Shown: piece after piece, positions 9,769-18,224 of the stretch
Layout of the letters: each line of letters opens with the position of its first letter
How positions within the stretch are numbered: position 1 is the first letter of the stretch
DNA from: a virus
Lineage: Duplodnaviria; Caudoviricetes
Reading direction: 5' to 3' (one strand)
DNA: 50,177 nt
Virus record (IMG/VR): IMGVR_UViG_3300023082_000250
Span: 1-50,177 of that record
The notes under the pieces: generated by a model
What the model was told of the DNA's origin: nothing
What the model saw: only the letters and a program-made list of their open reading frames with translations
Database searches by the model: none
Translations under genes and position numbers: made by a program

Positions 9769-10709
9769 TGTGTGAATTAACAGTATTATCATTTGGCGCT
9801 GGGCAGGACAGTACTTATATCCTGTACAAGATTATCAGGGATTCAGAATACAGAGCGGAATTTGTGAAGGGTAGATTATTGGTTCTAATGAGTGATACCG
9901 GTAATGAGCATGCTTATACTTATGAGCATATTAGCTTTATCAGACAGCTTTGCATTGATAATGAAATCGAGTTTTACCTGATTACGCCGGATATGGGTTT
10001 CCATTGCAAAACATGGCCTACTCTGGAATATCAGATGATAAAGAACAATTCGATCATGTCCATGATGATGCCTCGTAGCTGTACTGATAACCTTAAGATC
10101 AAACCATTCTATAATTTTCTGAATGTTTGGATTGCCACAGTTATTTATAATCAGGATATCCCAAACGAAACTCGCAATAGGGCTTGGATCAGTAGATTTT
10201 TCGCAGATCATGGAAAGATTAACGTAATCATAGGAATCGCTGCAGGTGAAGAAGGGCGTGTTGCAGTGACAAAGGCCAGCAAGAAAGCTGCCCAGATGGA
10301 TTTGTTCCAGAAGCCAAAAAAACGCAGCAACGTCTGGATGTCAACTTGTATCAACCGGTTTTATCCTATGATAATCGAAGGGATTGATCGGCAAATGGCC
10401 CAGGATTATATCAATGTTACACCATGGCCGCTACCTCCACCATCCAACTGCAAATTCTGCCCTTTCTTAACGAAGCAGGAACTACTATGGATGTACCGAT
10501 TTCACAGAGATGATTATAATGCTTTCGTGATCTATGAGATCAACAAGCTGAACCGTAATCCAGGTGTGCCGCGCAACCTGGGAGTAAAAGGCATGAAGTA
10601 TCTGCCGGAAGTCCTTGCCGAAGCAATTGAAGAGTACGGACACTGGACCGATGATCAGCTAAACGAATACAAAATGAGTCACGGGCACTGTGTTAAATCT
10701 CAATACTGA
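9768..10709 (+). CDS. PAPS-reductase-like / adenine nucleotide alpha hydrolase (PP-loop) protein
   Basis: LSFGAGQDS PP-loop, DTGNE, RSCTDNLKIKP, SNCKFCP; start moved to ATG 9768 overlapping the MTase stop. Confidence 0.75.
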   Translation: MCELTVLSFGAGQDSTYILYKIIRDSEYRAEFVKGRLLVLMSDTGNEHAYTYEHISFIRQLCIDNEIEFYLITPDMGFHCKTWPTLEYQMIKNNSIMSMMMPRSCTDNLKIKPFYNFLNVWIATVIYNQDIPNETRNRAWISRFFADHGKINVIIGIAAGEEGRVAVTKASKKAAQMDLFQKPKKRSNVWMSTCINRFYPMIIEGIDRQMAQDYINVTPWPLPPPSNCKFCPFLTKQELLWMYRFHRDDYNAFVIYEINKLNRNPGVPRNLGVKGMKYLPEVLAEAIEEYGHWTDDQLNEYKMSHGHCVKSQY

Positions 10710-10888
10710 TGGGAACATTTGAAGAATGGGCAGCGGGTTTACTGGATTATGAAGAGATCCAGGAAGCAATACATTTCCGGGAGCGGCACGTGGCCATGAT
10801 CATGTCACCAGAAAAACTGAAAGAGAGATGGGAGAAGATCGGCTACAAGCCGGCAAAGGTAAAACCAGAACAATTAAAGCTATTTTAA
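10709..10888 (+). CDS. 59-aa protein ending QLKLF (absent from ORF track)
   Basis: TGATG overlap; MGTFEEWAAG...KPEQLKLF*. Confidence 0.65.
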   Translation: MGTFEEWAAGLLDYEEIQEAIHFRERHVAMIMSPEKLKERWEKIGYKPAKVKPEQLKLF

Positions 10889-10890
10889 GG

Positions 10891-11265
10891 ATGATAAGTA
10901 TAAAAGATAAAAAGCCGGTAAAGATAGGTGAGAAAGAGATTGCCTATATTATTGCTAATTACCAGGATTATTCCAATGTCAAATTAGGGGCAATTTTTAA
11001 TTGTTCAGCAGATACAGTAGCCAGAGTAATCAGAAAGTTGGGACTAAAAAGACCAGTGACCGACAGACGAAAGGTAGTAGAAATGCTTGAGGATTATTGG
11101 TGCAATAATTTAGCAGTGACAGTCGCTGCTAAGAAACATGGATTTATTGATGGTACTGCTAGTGGCTACATCTCACATTTGTTCTTCAGGAAGTTGTCCG
11201 ATGATACAAAGATCATTGTGATGCAGTCTAAAATGAATGATGACTGGCGTTTTTTGAGCGGTTAA
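10891..11265 (+). CDS. HTH-containing DNA-binding protein
   Basis: SNVKLGAIFNCSADTVARVIRKLGLKR helix-turn-helix pattern; start at ATG 10891. Confidence 0.6.
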   Translation: MISIKDKKPVKIGEKEIAYIIANYQDYSNVKLGAIFNCSADTVARVIRKLGLKRPVTDRRKVVEMLEDYWCNNLAVTVAAKKHGFIDGTASGYISHLFFRKLSDDTKIIVMQSKMNDDWRFLSG

Positions 11266-11293
11266 TATGCATAAAAGTAATATAATGCATAAA
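11266..11293 (+). promoter_or_regulatory. Tandem TATGCATA operator-like motif, copy 2
   Basis: TATGCATAAAAGTAATATAATGCATAAA; weak -7-like TAAATTAG at 11308-11315. Confidence 0.65.
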
Positions 11294-11314
11294 TAGAAAA
11301 TAATTATTAAATTA

Positions 11315-11428
11315 GCGGTCCCGGTTGTCAGCCGCAAGACATTCAATAATATCCCTGTAGACCTCCTTTGTGCCATACCCGGCACCGGAAACGAGCTGAC
11401 GACCTTAATGGTCTACAGGGATATTATT
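11315..11428 (+). promoter_or_regulatory. Structured 5' leader of the replication initiator (two hairpins with complementary loops)
   Basis: Perfect 19-bp inverted repeat 11345-11363/11410-11428; GGTTGTCAGC 11323-11332 pairs with GCTGACGACC 11395-11404. Confidence 0.6.
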
Positions 11429-11447
11429 ACCTCAATTCAATACAAGT

Positions 11448-12233
11448 ATGGCTAAAACCAATGATTCTAAACCCAACGGGTACGCACTTAGCCGCGCGTG
11501 GTTTGACTTCGCTTTTGAAAATCAAGAGTTGATTACGCCAACGCATACCGCGATGTACGCGTGGTTTATTGAGTTGAATAACAGGATGGGCTGGTCAGTC
11601 AAATTCACTTCACCTGCGTCACAGACAATGATAGCTATCGGCCTGAAATCTTATAATACTTATAAAAAGGTATTTAATGATTTGGTTTCGTTTGGCTTTG
11701 TAAAAGTGATAATGGAAAGCAGAAATCAGTACACGGCTTGCATAATTGCCCTATCAAATTTTGATAAAGCACAGTATAAAGCACTAGACAATGCACTGTC
11801 GGAGCACGTGACAAAGCACTTGACAAAGCACTTGACAAAGCACACATCAAAGCAAGGTGAAAGCACAGGTGAAAGCAATGATAGTATAAATAAACAAGAA
11901 ACCTTAAACCTTAAACCAGAAACCAATAAACCTATAAGTGGGAAAACTACATTTTCCCCTCCCACACACATTGATGTCTGCAACTATTTCTCTGAGAAAG
12001 TCAATGAGACAAAATGGACTGATCATGACTGCAATTTCCAAGCGAAAAAGTTCATCGATTTCTACAGTTCGAAAAACTGGATGGTCGGAAAAAATAAAAT
12101 GGCAAACTGGAAGTCAGCTGCATCAGGATGGATCAACAGGTCACTTGAAACCAAAGTAACAATTGTGGAAGGACAGAAACCACAGAAAGGTTTTCAGGCT
12201 GCCATGGACATGTACAATAAACTAAAACTTTAA
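11448..12233 (+). CDS. Phage replication initiator (lambda O/DnaD-like organisation)
   Basis: N-terminal winged-HTH-like region, central iteron-encoded TKHL repeats, C-terminal FIDFYSSKNW..GKNKMANWKSAASGW. Confidence 0.8.
   Translation: MAKTNDSKPNGYALSRAWFDFAFENQELITPTHTAMYAWFIELNNRMGWSVKFTSPASQTMIAIGLKSYNTYKKVFNDLVSFGFVKVIMESRNQYTACIIALSNFDKAQYKALDNALSEHVTKHLTKHLTKHTSKQGESTGESNDSINKQETLNLKPETNKPISGKTTFSPPTHIDVCNYFSEKVNETKWTDHDCNFQAKKFIDFYSSKNWMVGKNKMANWKSAASGWINRSLETKVTIVEGQKPQKGFQAAMDMYNKLKL
11761..11937 (+). repeat. Putative origin: about ten 11-12-bp iterons (core AAAGCAC) then AT-rich AAACC repeats
   Basis: TTGATAAAGCAC, AGTATAAAGCAC, TAGACAATGCAC, GTGACAAAGCAC, TTGACAAAGCAC x2, GGTGAAAGCAC etc. 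within 11761-11879. Confidence 0.75.
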
Positions 12234-12236
12234 GAT

Positions 12237-13025
12237 ATGGAAAATCAAACTCAAATCACAACAACCAAATCAGCAGAGGTGCAACATGTGCTTCAAAATC
12301 AACCAGCATTTCTTGACGATTACAAAGAAGTGCACAATGAGGTTCTTGCGCAAGTCATGAAGTCAATAACACATCTGAACTGGAATGTTCCTGAACAGTC
12401 GGCGATGACCATCCTGGTAAGTGAAATCAGCAATAGCATACGGAACAATTACAAGCAACTCCGAAAAGATGAAATTGCCACGTGTTTTTCCAAAGGTATC
12501 CGAGGCGAATACGGTGAATTCATGGGGCTCAGCGTTGTCACATTTGAAAAGTTCATCATGGGATATCTGGCCAGCGATTACCGCGCAACACTCGGAAAGA
12601 CTCTTCCAGTAGCACATATTGAACAAAGAGCCGAACCTACGCCTGCAGAACAGTGGGATAACTTTGTCAAAAGGCTTTGTGTAATCTATGCAGAGTATCT
12701 AAAAGGAACAAGAGTTCACCCATCGGAAGCTTCCTTTTGCTATACAGTTCTTAAAAGAAATGGATTTTTAAAGCTTGACCAACAGCGCAAAGAAAAAATT
12801 CAACAGAAAGCATTTAATCAAATAAAAACCGAAACTGATCCCAAAAACGCGCTCAATATTCCTGAAAAAAGAAAGATGAATGCCGCTTATGAGCAATTAC
12901 TCAGCAAATCTGGGGATGATAGTAGGGTTATAAATCGTGCAAAAGCACTGGGGCTCTATGAATGGTTTGATGATTTGAGAATCATGGAAATATCAATCGA
13001 AGAAGCAGTTAGGGAAGATTTCTAA
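12237..13025 (+). CDS. Replication-associated protein, possible helicase loader
   Basis: Directly after initiator; LRKDEIATCFSKGIRGEYGEF. Confidence 0.55.
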   Translation: MENQTQITTTKSAEVQHVLQNQPAFLDDYKEVHNEVLAQVMKSITHLNWNVPEQSAMTILVSEISNSIRNNYKQLRKDEIATCFSKGIRGEYGEFMGLSVVTFEKFIMGYLASDYRATLGKTLPVAHIEQRAEPTPAEQWDNFVKRLCVIYAEYLKGTRVHPSEASFCYTVLKRNGFLKLDQQRKEKIQQKAFNQIKTETDPKNALNIPEKRKMNAAYEQLLSKSGDDSRVINRAKALGLYEWFDDLRIMEISIEEAVREDF

Positions 13026-13106
13026 CTCACACCAGTCTTTCAAATACAAATTTATCTCCCTTTTAAATTTTCACCAATTACACAACAATAAAGAAAACAG
13101 ACAGTT

Positions 13107-13388
13107 ATGAGTAAAATAAACCTAAAAGTGAATGATGAAACCATCGTTCCTATCTACCAAAATAGTAAGCCGATCATGACCGATCTACAGCAGTTCATGG
13201 ATCAGTATCAGCCGTGGAAGTTCAAAGAATTGAAAAATGGCATTGAGGTGCGAGGTGTGTATGATTTAAACGGCGCTATGAATAAAGCCCGTGACTTGAT
13301 TATTGACCTGGCTCTGGGGTTAGAGGTCGTTCATAATGCAGACATGGCAGCATATCGCGCCTTTGAAGTTCGGGAGGTTGTATCATGA
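13107..13388 (+). CDS. Hypothetical protein
   Basis: 93-aa ORF, A-rich leader. Confidence 0.7.
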   Translation: MSKINLKVNDETIVPIYQNSKPIMTDLQQFMDQYQPWKFKELKNGIEVRGVYDLNGAMNKARDLIIDLALGLEVVHNADMAAYRAFEVREVVS

Positions 13389-13918
13389 ATAATACTTTCA
13401 ACCAGGATCAGAATGATCCGTTATACTCGGACCGCAAAATACTTCATGGCGAATTTGATTACGCTGATGGAAAGTTATCATTCACTTGCACAACGCAAAA
13501 TGTTTCGTTTGATGAGGTACTGGCAGCAATCACTGCGATGAGGGATGAGTGCCAAAGGCAGATTGACAACCAGAATCTGTGCCCGCATCACGTTACTGCC
13601 CCTGTTAAATCAACCGTTTCAAGCGCTTGTAAGGAAGTTAAGACAATGTTGGAATTACTTGATGAAGAATCAAAAAGATGCGAATGGAATAATTGGTATG
13701 AAGCTGCAATGTATGGGACTATTGATCAAATAAATGATATTCCTCAAACAGCTGGCAGGATGTACGCTTCTCAATTCAAGTCACCCCCTGCCAGTACGGA
13801 AATACCTGAGATATCGGATGAGATTGAGATAGAATTTATTAAGAAAATCCGATCCGGTATTAGTTCTAAAAAGGTAATCAAATGGGTTTATCAAGAATTA
13901 AAATCAATATCATGCTAG
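13385..13918 (+). CDS. Hypothetical protein
   Basis: 177-aa ORF, ATGA overlap. Confidence 0.7.
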   Translation: MNNTFNQDQNDPLYSDRKILHGEFDYADGKLSFTCTTQNVSFDEVLAAITAMRDECQRQIDNQNLCPHHVTAPVKSTVSSACKEVKTMLELLDEESKRCEWNNWYEAAMYGTIDQINDIPQTAGRMYASQFKSPPASTEIPEISDEIEIEFIKKIRSGISSKKVIKWVYQELKSISC

Positions 13919-14130
13919 ACGCTCTGACATTATTTAAAAAGCAATGGATCGGCAAGACGGTAGTCGTTGTTGATCGCAATCATCCTCATTTCGGCACAAT
14001 GGGTGAAGTTACTGAAGTAGAACGTACAATGGCCGGCTGGGGCATGAAGATCAAGAACACCGATAACACCAGTATCATGTACGGTGAAGAATTCTACATT
14101 TTCAAGGGCAATCAAATTAAAGTGCTATGA
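13912..14130 (+). CDS. Small beta-barrel (SH3/KOW-like) hypothetical protein
   Basis: IGKTVVVVDRNHPHFGTMGEV; likely start ATG 13912. Confidence 0.55.
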   Translation: MLDALTLFKKQWIGKTVVVVDRNHPHFGTMGEVTEVERTMAGWGMKIKNTDNTSIMYGEEFYIFKGNQIKVL

Positions 14131-14176
14131 ACAAACCTTGGAAAACAATCAAATTTTGGTACTACATCTTCCGGAT

Positions 14177-14374
14177 ATGGCTAAAACAGAAATAACTAAA
14201 GATCAGCTCATCCAAATGATGATGGATGACTGGCAATACAGCTGGGAGCAGATGGCTGCCAGAGATCGAGAGGCTGAATTCGAATTGGTTCACTGGCTGC
14301 TGAAGTCTTATAACAGGCACCACGCAATGAGACGGTATTACAACAGAACAAAAGTATGGATAAGTACGAATTAG
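14177..14374 (+). CDS. Hypothetical protein
   Basis: Likely start at MAKTEIT (14177) within the track ORF. Confidence 0.5.
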   Translation: MAKTEITKDQLIQMMMDDWQYSWEQMAARDREAEFELVHWLLKSYNRHHAMRRYYNRTKVWISTN

Positions 14375-14736
14375 ATTGGACCAGGTATTATCCTGATAAC
14401 CATCACTACACCGTTATAGCTATTTTGACAGGTCTACCATTGGAAGAAATCAAGGCGGTATCACCAGCAGCAGACTGTTGGGGTGGACAGAAGTTTGTTC
14501 AAGTGTTTCGAAGCTTAGGATTTAATGTAAATCCAAGATTTAAAAAGTTCGATATAAACACTGATCATCCGTGCCTGATGAGGTACAAGCTGACTGACAT
14601 TAAGGAGCCGTACTGGTACCTGGCTGTTTATTACGATGGTCAGGTTTACGATGGCAACAGTATGCAAACTTTAGATAACTGGATACTCTGTAATCCTAAC
14701 TGCAAAATAACATCCATGCTGCAGGTCTGGATTTAA
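14356..14736 (+). CDS. Hypothetical protein, possibly a degenerate C39/papain-like fold
   Basis: VIAILTGLPLEEI ... YLAVYYDGQVYDG pattern; no obvious catalytic Cys/His. Confidence 0.55.
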   Translation: MDKYELDWTRYYPDNHHYTVIAILTGLPLEEIKAVSPAADCWGGQKFVQVFRSLGFNVNPRFKKFDINTDHPCLMRYKLTDIKEPYWYLAVYYDGQVYDGNSMQTLDNWILCNPNCKITSMLQVWI

Positions 14737-14746
14737 CAATTATTTT

Positions 14747-15373
14747 ATGACAACACGTGAAGTACATGAGGCTGTGCGCAGCTTCTTTGGGAACTATGAG
14801 TACCCTTTGTTCAATACTTTCATATTTGACTGGGAGAGCGACTTCTTTGCGATCAGCAAATCCGGCTACAGCGTAGAGGTAGAAGTTAAGGTAAGCAGGC
14901 AGGATTTCAAAAAGGACTTTACGCATAAGACCGGCAAGCATTTCATTTTTGGCAGTCACAAAAAGAGCTCGATCATTGATCCTGGTTACCGCTGGCAGGA
15001 AAAGCATTGGGATGAACAGATCGATCTCCCTGATGGGACAAGGCACCTACCTGTAAGTACCATCATCAAGTGGGCAAAGCCATGCGAGAAGCTGCCAAAC
15101 AAATTCTTCTATGCTTGCCCTGAAGGACTGATCAGCCCAGGTGAGGTACCGGCTTATGCCGGCCTAATCTATACCACGCAATTCGGTAGCCAGATAGTCA
15201 AACCTGCACCGTTCCTGCATAAGGAGAAAAAATGCTTTGACAAGATCCTGCTTGGCAAATACTACCATCGTAATACTGAGATCAAACATTTGCTTTACAT
15301 GTATGGCAGGTACAATAAACTGAACGATGAGCAGAAGATAAACCTGAATAAGTTGATCGACAGAATGCATTAA
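14747..15373 (+). CDS. PD-(D/E)XK nuclease-like protein (MmcB-like)
   Basis: ESDFFAI..EVEVKVSRQDFKKD..PNKFFYACP..AGLI. Confidence 0.7.
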   Translation: MTTREVHEAVRSFFGNYEYPLFNTFIFDWESDFFAISKSGYSVEVEVKVSRQDFKKDFTHKTGKHFIFGSHKKSSIIDPGYRWQEKHWDEQIDLPDGTRHLPVSTIIKWAKPCEKLPNKFFYACPEGLISPGEVPAYAGLIYTTQFGSQIVKPAPFLHKEKKCFDKILLGKYYHRNTEIKHLLYMYGRYNKLNDEQKINLNKLIDRMH

Positions 15374-15395
15374 AAAACATTTTTTTAAATAAAAT

Positions 15396-15436
15396 TATGC
15401 ATAAACGTAAACATGTGCATAATTTATATATATTTG
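15396..15436 (+). promoter_or_regulatory. Tandem TATGCATA operator copy 3 with Bacteroidetes -7 element
   Basis: TATGCATAAACGTAAACATGTGCATAAT then TATATTTG at 15429-15436. Confidence 0.75.
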
Positions 15437-15443
15437 AATTATC

Positions 15444-15541
15444 AAACAGCTGCATACTTCGACTTAGCGGTTTAAAGACATTTTAAGAGGGTTTATCTCT
15501 GGGGAGCGAGTCGAAGCGCAAACTGGGGACAAACCCTTTTT
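15444..15541 (+). promoter_or_regulatory. Structured 5' leader / possible attenuator (two hairpins with complementary loops)
   Basis: Hairpin 15444-15473; long hairpin 15485-15540 ending in a T-run; CTTCGACTT 15457-15465 pairs with GAGTCGAAG 15508-15516. Confidence 0.6.
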
Positions 15542-15560
15542 CTATTTAAACACTTATCGT

Positions 15561-15734
15561 ATGAAAAAGCTCAAAGAAAGAGTATTCGCGGCAATGTTCG
15601 CGCTGTTCATCCTTATGATAGGATCCGGATGTCTGTATGCTATGGCTAACCAGCTGGACAAAGCGGCACTGGCCAGATCTGTGGAGTCGTTCCCTGACCA
15701 CTCTGAAATCACTGCTCAAACTTTAAAACACTAA
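15561..15734 (+). CDS. 57-aa membrane/secreted protein (absent from ORF track)
   Basis: MKKLKERVFAAMFALFILMIGSGCLYAMA...; first gene after the leader. Confidence 0.6.
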   Translation: MKKLKERVFAAMFALFILMIGSGCLYAMANQLDKAALARSVESFPDHSEITAQTLKH

Positions 15735-15737
15735 GAT

Positions 15738-15920
15738 ATGATCCCACAAATTCTTTACTTATCGCTCATCATGTTATCATTAGGTATCAATATAGCTAAA
15801 CATGGCCAGCCAAGAAAGCCCGGAACTGAGAACGCATGGCACACATTAGTCGGTGCTGCCATTAGTCTTACAATTATGTATTACGGCGGTTTTTTCGCTG
15901 TATTTGGATTGATGCCATGA
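15738..15920 (+). CDS. Small two-TM membrane protein
   Basis: Two hydrophobic segments flanking KHGQPRK. Confidence 0.7.
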   Translation: MIPQILYLSLIMLSLGINIAKHGQPRKPGTENAWHTLVGAAISLTIMYYGGFFAVFGLMP

Positions 15921-16081
15921 ACTGGTCGGCCATAATAATGTGGACAGCAATAGTCACAGGCATCCTGTGGTTCCTACTGATATTCTTCTATTTATTCATG
16001 ATGGGAGAAACACCAGATGTGGATGACGAGATTGATACTATCATAGGCAGGAAGGAGGATGATGATCATGAAGCTATTTAA
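15917..16081 (+). CDS. 54-aa single-TM protein with acidic tail (absent from ORF track)
   Basis: ATGA overlap; MNWSAIIMWTAIVTGILWFLLIFFYLFMMGETPDVDDEID... Confidence 0.6.
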   Translation: MNWSAIIMWTAIVTGILWFLLIFFYLFMMGETPDVDDEIDTIIGRKEDDDHEAI

Positions 16082-16310
16082 CAAGTGGTATCTGTTCAAG
16101 GCCAGATTCTTACCGCTAAATGTAACCCGGGATTATTATCATCAAGATCTCAATCCAGATTACGATCACATTCAAAAGCAATTACTAACCAATGGGTTTG
16201 AAGATGGGTACATCCAGTGCCTGAAAGACTTCGGAATAAACCCCAAAGATCACCCTAAAGGAACAAACTTATGCGTAAACAATCACCGAATTAATTCATC
16301 TAAACAATAA
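16059..16310 (+). CDS. Hypothetical protein
   Basis: 83-aa ORF in operon. Confidence 0.55.
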   Translation: MMIMKLFNKWYLFKARFLPLNVTRDYYHQDLNPDYDHIQKQLLTNGFEDGYIQCLKDFGINPKDHPKGTNLCVNNHRINSSKQ

Positions 16311-16317
16311 ACTAAAT

Positions 16318-16518
16318 ATGGAAAAGAAAATGTACTTCAGAGTATGCGATAACGCTGATCTGGACTTAACAGTTGATGACCTCAAAACAGCAGCTGATGT
16401 GATCGATGCTGAACTTTCAGGCGTAGACGAGACCACGGAAGATGAATACGAATTCACAATAACGCCGGTATTCATGACAGAGTCCGAATATGCTGATCTC
16501 TGCGATAAAACAATTTAA
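16318..16518 (+). CDS. Small acidic hypothetical protein
   Basis: 66 aa, strongly D/E-rich. Confidence 0.65.
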   Translation: MEKKMYFRVCDNADLDLTVDDLKTAADVIDAELSGVDETTEDEYEFTITPVFMTESEYADLCDKTI

Positions 16519-16531
16519 CCACTAAAACATT

Positions 16532-16846
16532 ATGAAATCAATCAAAAACGAACAATTCAATCAGCCGTTGGCTGAGAACCAGGATGAATACAATACGTTA
16601 TTCATCAATTTAAATACTCAGGATCCGATGTGCCCTGCTACAGCATGTTTCGAGTTAAGCCTTCAAGAGCTGGAAATCATTAACCAGACAGGTAAGATCT
16701 ATTATAACCAATGCCTGTTCTTGAAGCCTATTTATGGTGGTCTGAATGAAGAGACAGGTTTACCTGAAGTGATCGGCTTCGGGCCCCGCGAGAAATTTCA
16801 CCCGATGAATATCAGTGTTGTCAATCCTTTAGATCAGCAGTCATGA
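16532..16846 (+). CDS. Hypothetical protein
   Basis: 104-aa ORF in operon. Confidence 0.7.
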   Translation: MKSIKNEQFNQPLAENQDEYNTLFINLNTQDPMCPATACFELSLQELEIINQTGKIYYNQCLFLKPIYGGLNEETGLPEVIGFGPREKFHPMNISVVNPLDQQS

Positions 16847-17067
16847 AAACAATCATACCAGGCATTATCACATTCATTGTGTGCCTGCTCGTTTACCTTT
16901 TCGCTTCCTCTGCGATAAATATTGAAAAACAAAGATCTTATAAATTAGGATATCTGGACGGGTTCAAAGTAAAGACCCAAATCGAGGCAGATTCTCTGGA
17001 TTCTGAATTAAAGAAGCACAGGGCTAATTTGGACAGTCTGTTCAATGAACTTAAATCGATGAAGTAA
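16843..17067 (+). CDS. Small single-TM protein
   Basis: N-terminal hydrophobic helix; overlaps neighbours. Confidence 0.65.
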   Translation: MKTIIPGIITFIVCLLVYLFASSAINIEKQRSYKLGYLDGFKVKTQIEADSLDSELKKHRANLDSLFNELKSMK

Positions 17068-17495
17068 TGAAAGCGCTTAGCATAAAACAACCATGGGCGA
17101 CACTGATTGCTCATGGAATCAAAGATATCGATAATAGAACATGGTATACAAAGCATAGAGGCATGATCTATATCCATGCATCATCCAAGAGTGCTATTTA
17201 TATGTTCTCAGACGCACAGACAGAGATCTTACATAATACACCAACAATTTTCAGGGATAACCATGATGACCACGTCTTCTCTGCGATCATAGGTGAGGTT
17301 GAAATCATAGACTGTGTTCAGGGGCATAACTCTGTATGGGCTGAACAAAGGACCTATGCCATGAGGAAAGTCAAAGGTGTTATGATTGAGGTAAACGTGC
17401 CGGTATGGAACTGGGTACTGGCAAACCCTGTGCTTTATGATAAGCCAATCGAGAACGTTAAAGGGGCGCTTAGCCTGTGGGAGTATAATGGATAA
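17067..17495 (+). CDS. ASCH-domain protein
   Basis: ALSIKQPWATLIAHGIKDIDNRTW..RG.IYIHAS..AIIGEV..GALSLW. Confidence 0.9.
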   Translation: MKALSIKQPWATLIAHGIKDIDNRTWYTKHRGMIYIHASSKSAIYMFSDAQTEILHNTPTIFRDNHDDHVFSAIIGEVEIIDCVQGHNSVWAEQRTYAMRKVKGVMIEVNVPVWNWVLANPVLYDKPIENVKGALSLWEYNG

Positions 17496-17718
17496 GGATC
17501 GATTCAATTCACTTAAATATAGAGCTTTTATGGAGGTGGATTACATACATAGTCGATTACCTGATGGGTATTTACCCTGTATGTTGATGGCTGTCGATTT
17601 TGATAATGATGTAGTTAAGTTGCTGCCATTTCCTAATAGCTATTATGAAGAGAAAGAATTTTGGGTATCAATCGATTACTTCGATTTGCCAAAGAAACGA
17701 TTAAGAGTATCTAAATGA
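17488..17718 (+). CDS. Hypothetical protein
   Basis: Likely start MDKDRF at 17488. Confidence 0.6.
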   Translation: MDKDRFNSLKYRAFMEVDYIHSRLPDGYLPCMLMAVDFDNDVVKLLPFPNSYYEEKEFWVSIDYFDLPKKRLRVSK

Positions 17719-18224
17719 AATCAGCATCGATCTTAAAAGCCGTTTACAAAGATTGCCTGCAACGCGGTTACATCCTAATCGGTGACCAGCTGCTGCCGCC
17801 GGCAGTGGCCGCTGCCCGGGGACTGAATAAGCCGAAAAAGAAATCGAGGGTAATTACCCACAAAACCGGATGGATTGATGATGATCGTAATATTAAGAAT
17901 AAATCCGCAGCCATGGACATGTTCATACGACTGGTAAATATTGAACTGAGCGTAGATATCTGGCCTGAGTTCTTCTTCAGCACACAGCGGCTGTACCGGT
18001 TCGATTACGCTATACCAGAATACAAGATCGCTATAGAGCAGGAGGGAGGCATTCACCTTAAAGGCAACAGCGGGCACAGCTCGGGCACCGGCATCCAGCG
18101 CGACATGGATAAAAACAACCTGGCCATTTCTCAAGGCTGGGTGATCATCAGACGGACACCTGATCAAATGTGTACCATTGAAACAATTGAATTAATTAAA
18201 TCAGTAATTAAACAAAGAGTATGA
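17715..18224 (+). CDS. Vsr/DUF559-like endonuclease
   Basis: PEFFF..RFDYAIPEYKIAIEQEGG..GH..RDMDKNN.A..GWVIIR. Confidence 0.8.
   Translation: MKSASILKAVYKDCLQRGYILIGDQLLPPAVAAARGLNKPKKKSRVITHKTGWIDDDRNIKNKSAAMDMFIRLVNIELSVDIWPEFFFSTQRLYRFDYAIPEYKIAIEQEGGIHLKGNSGHSSGTGIQRDMDKNNLAISQGWVIIRRTPDQMCTIETIELIKSVIKQRV

Noticed and set aside
5324-18224. Complete restriction-modification, Dnd, BREX or DISARM defence system
   Set aside because: No cognate restriction or other core components beside the MTases; the nucleases at 14747 and 17715 are typical stand-alone phage genes
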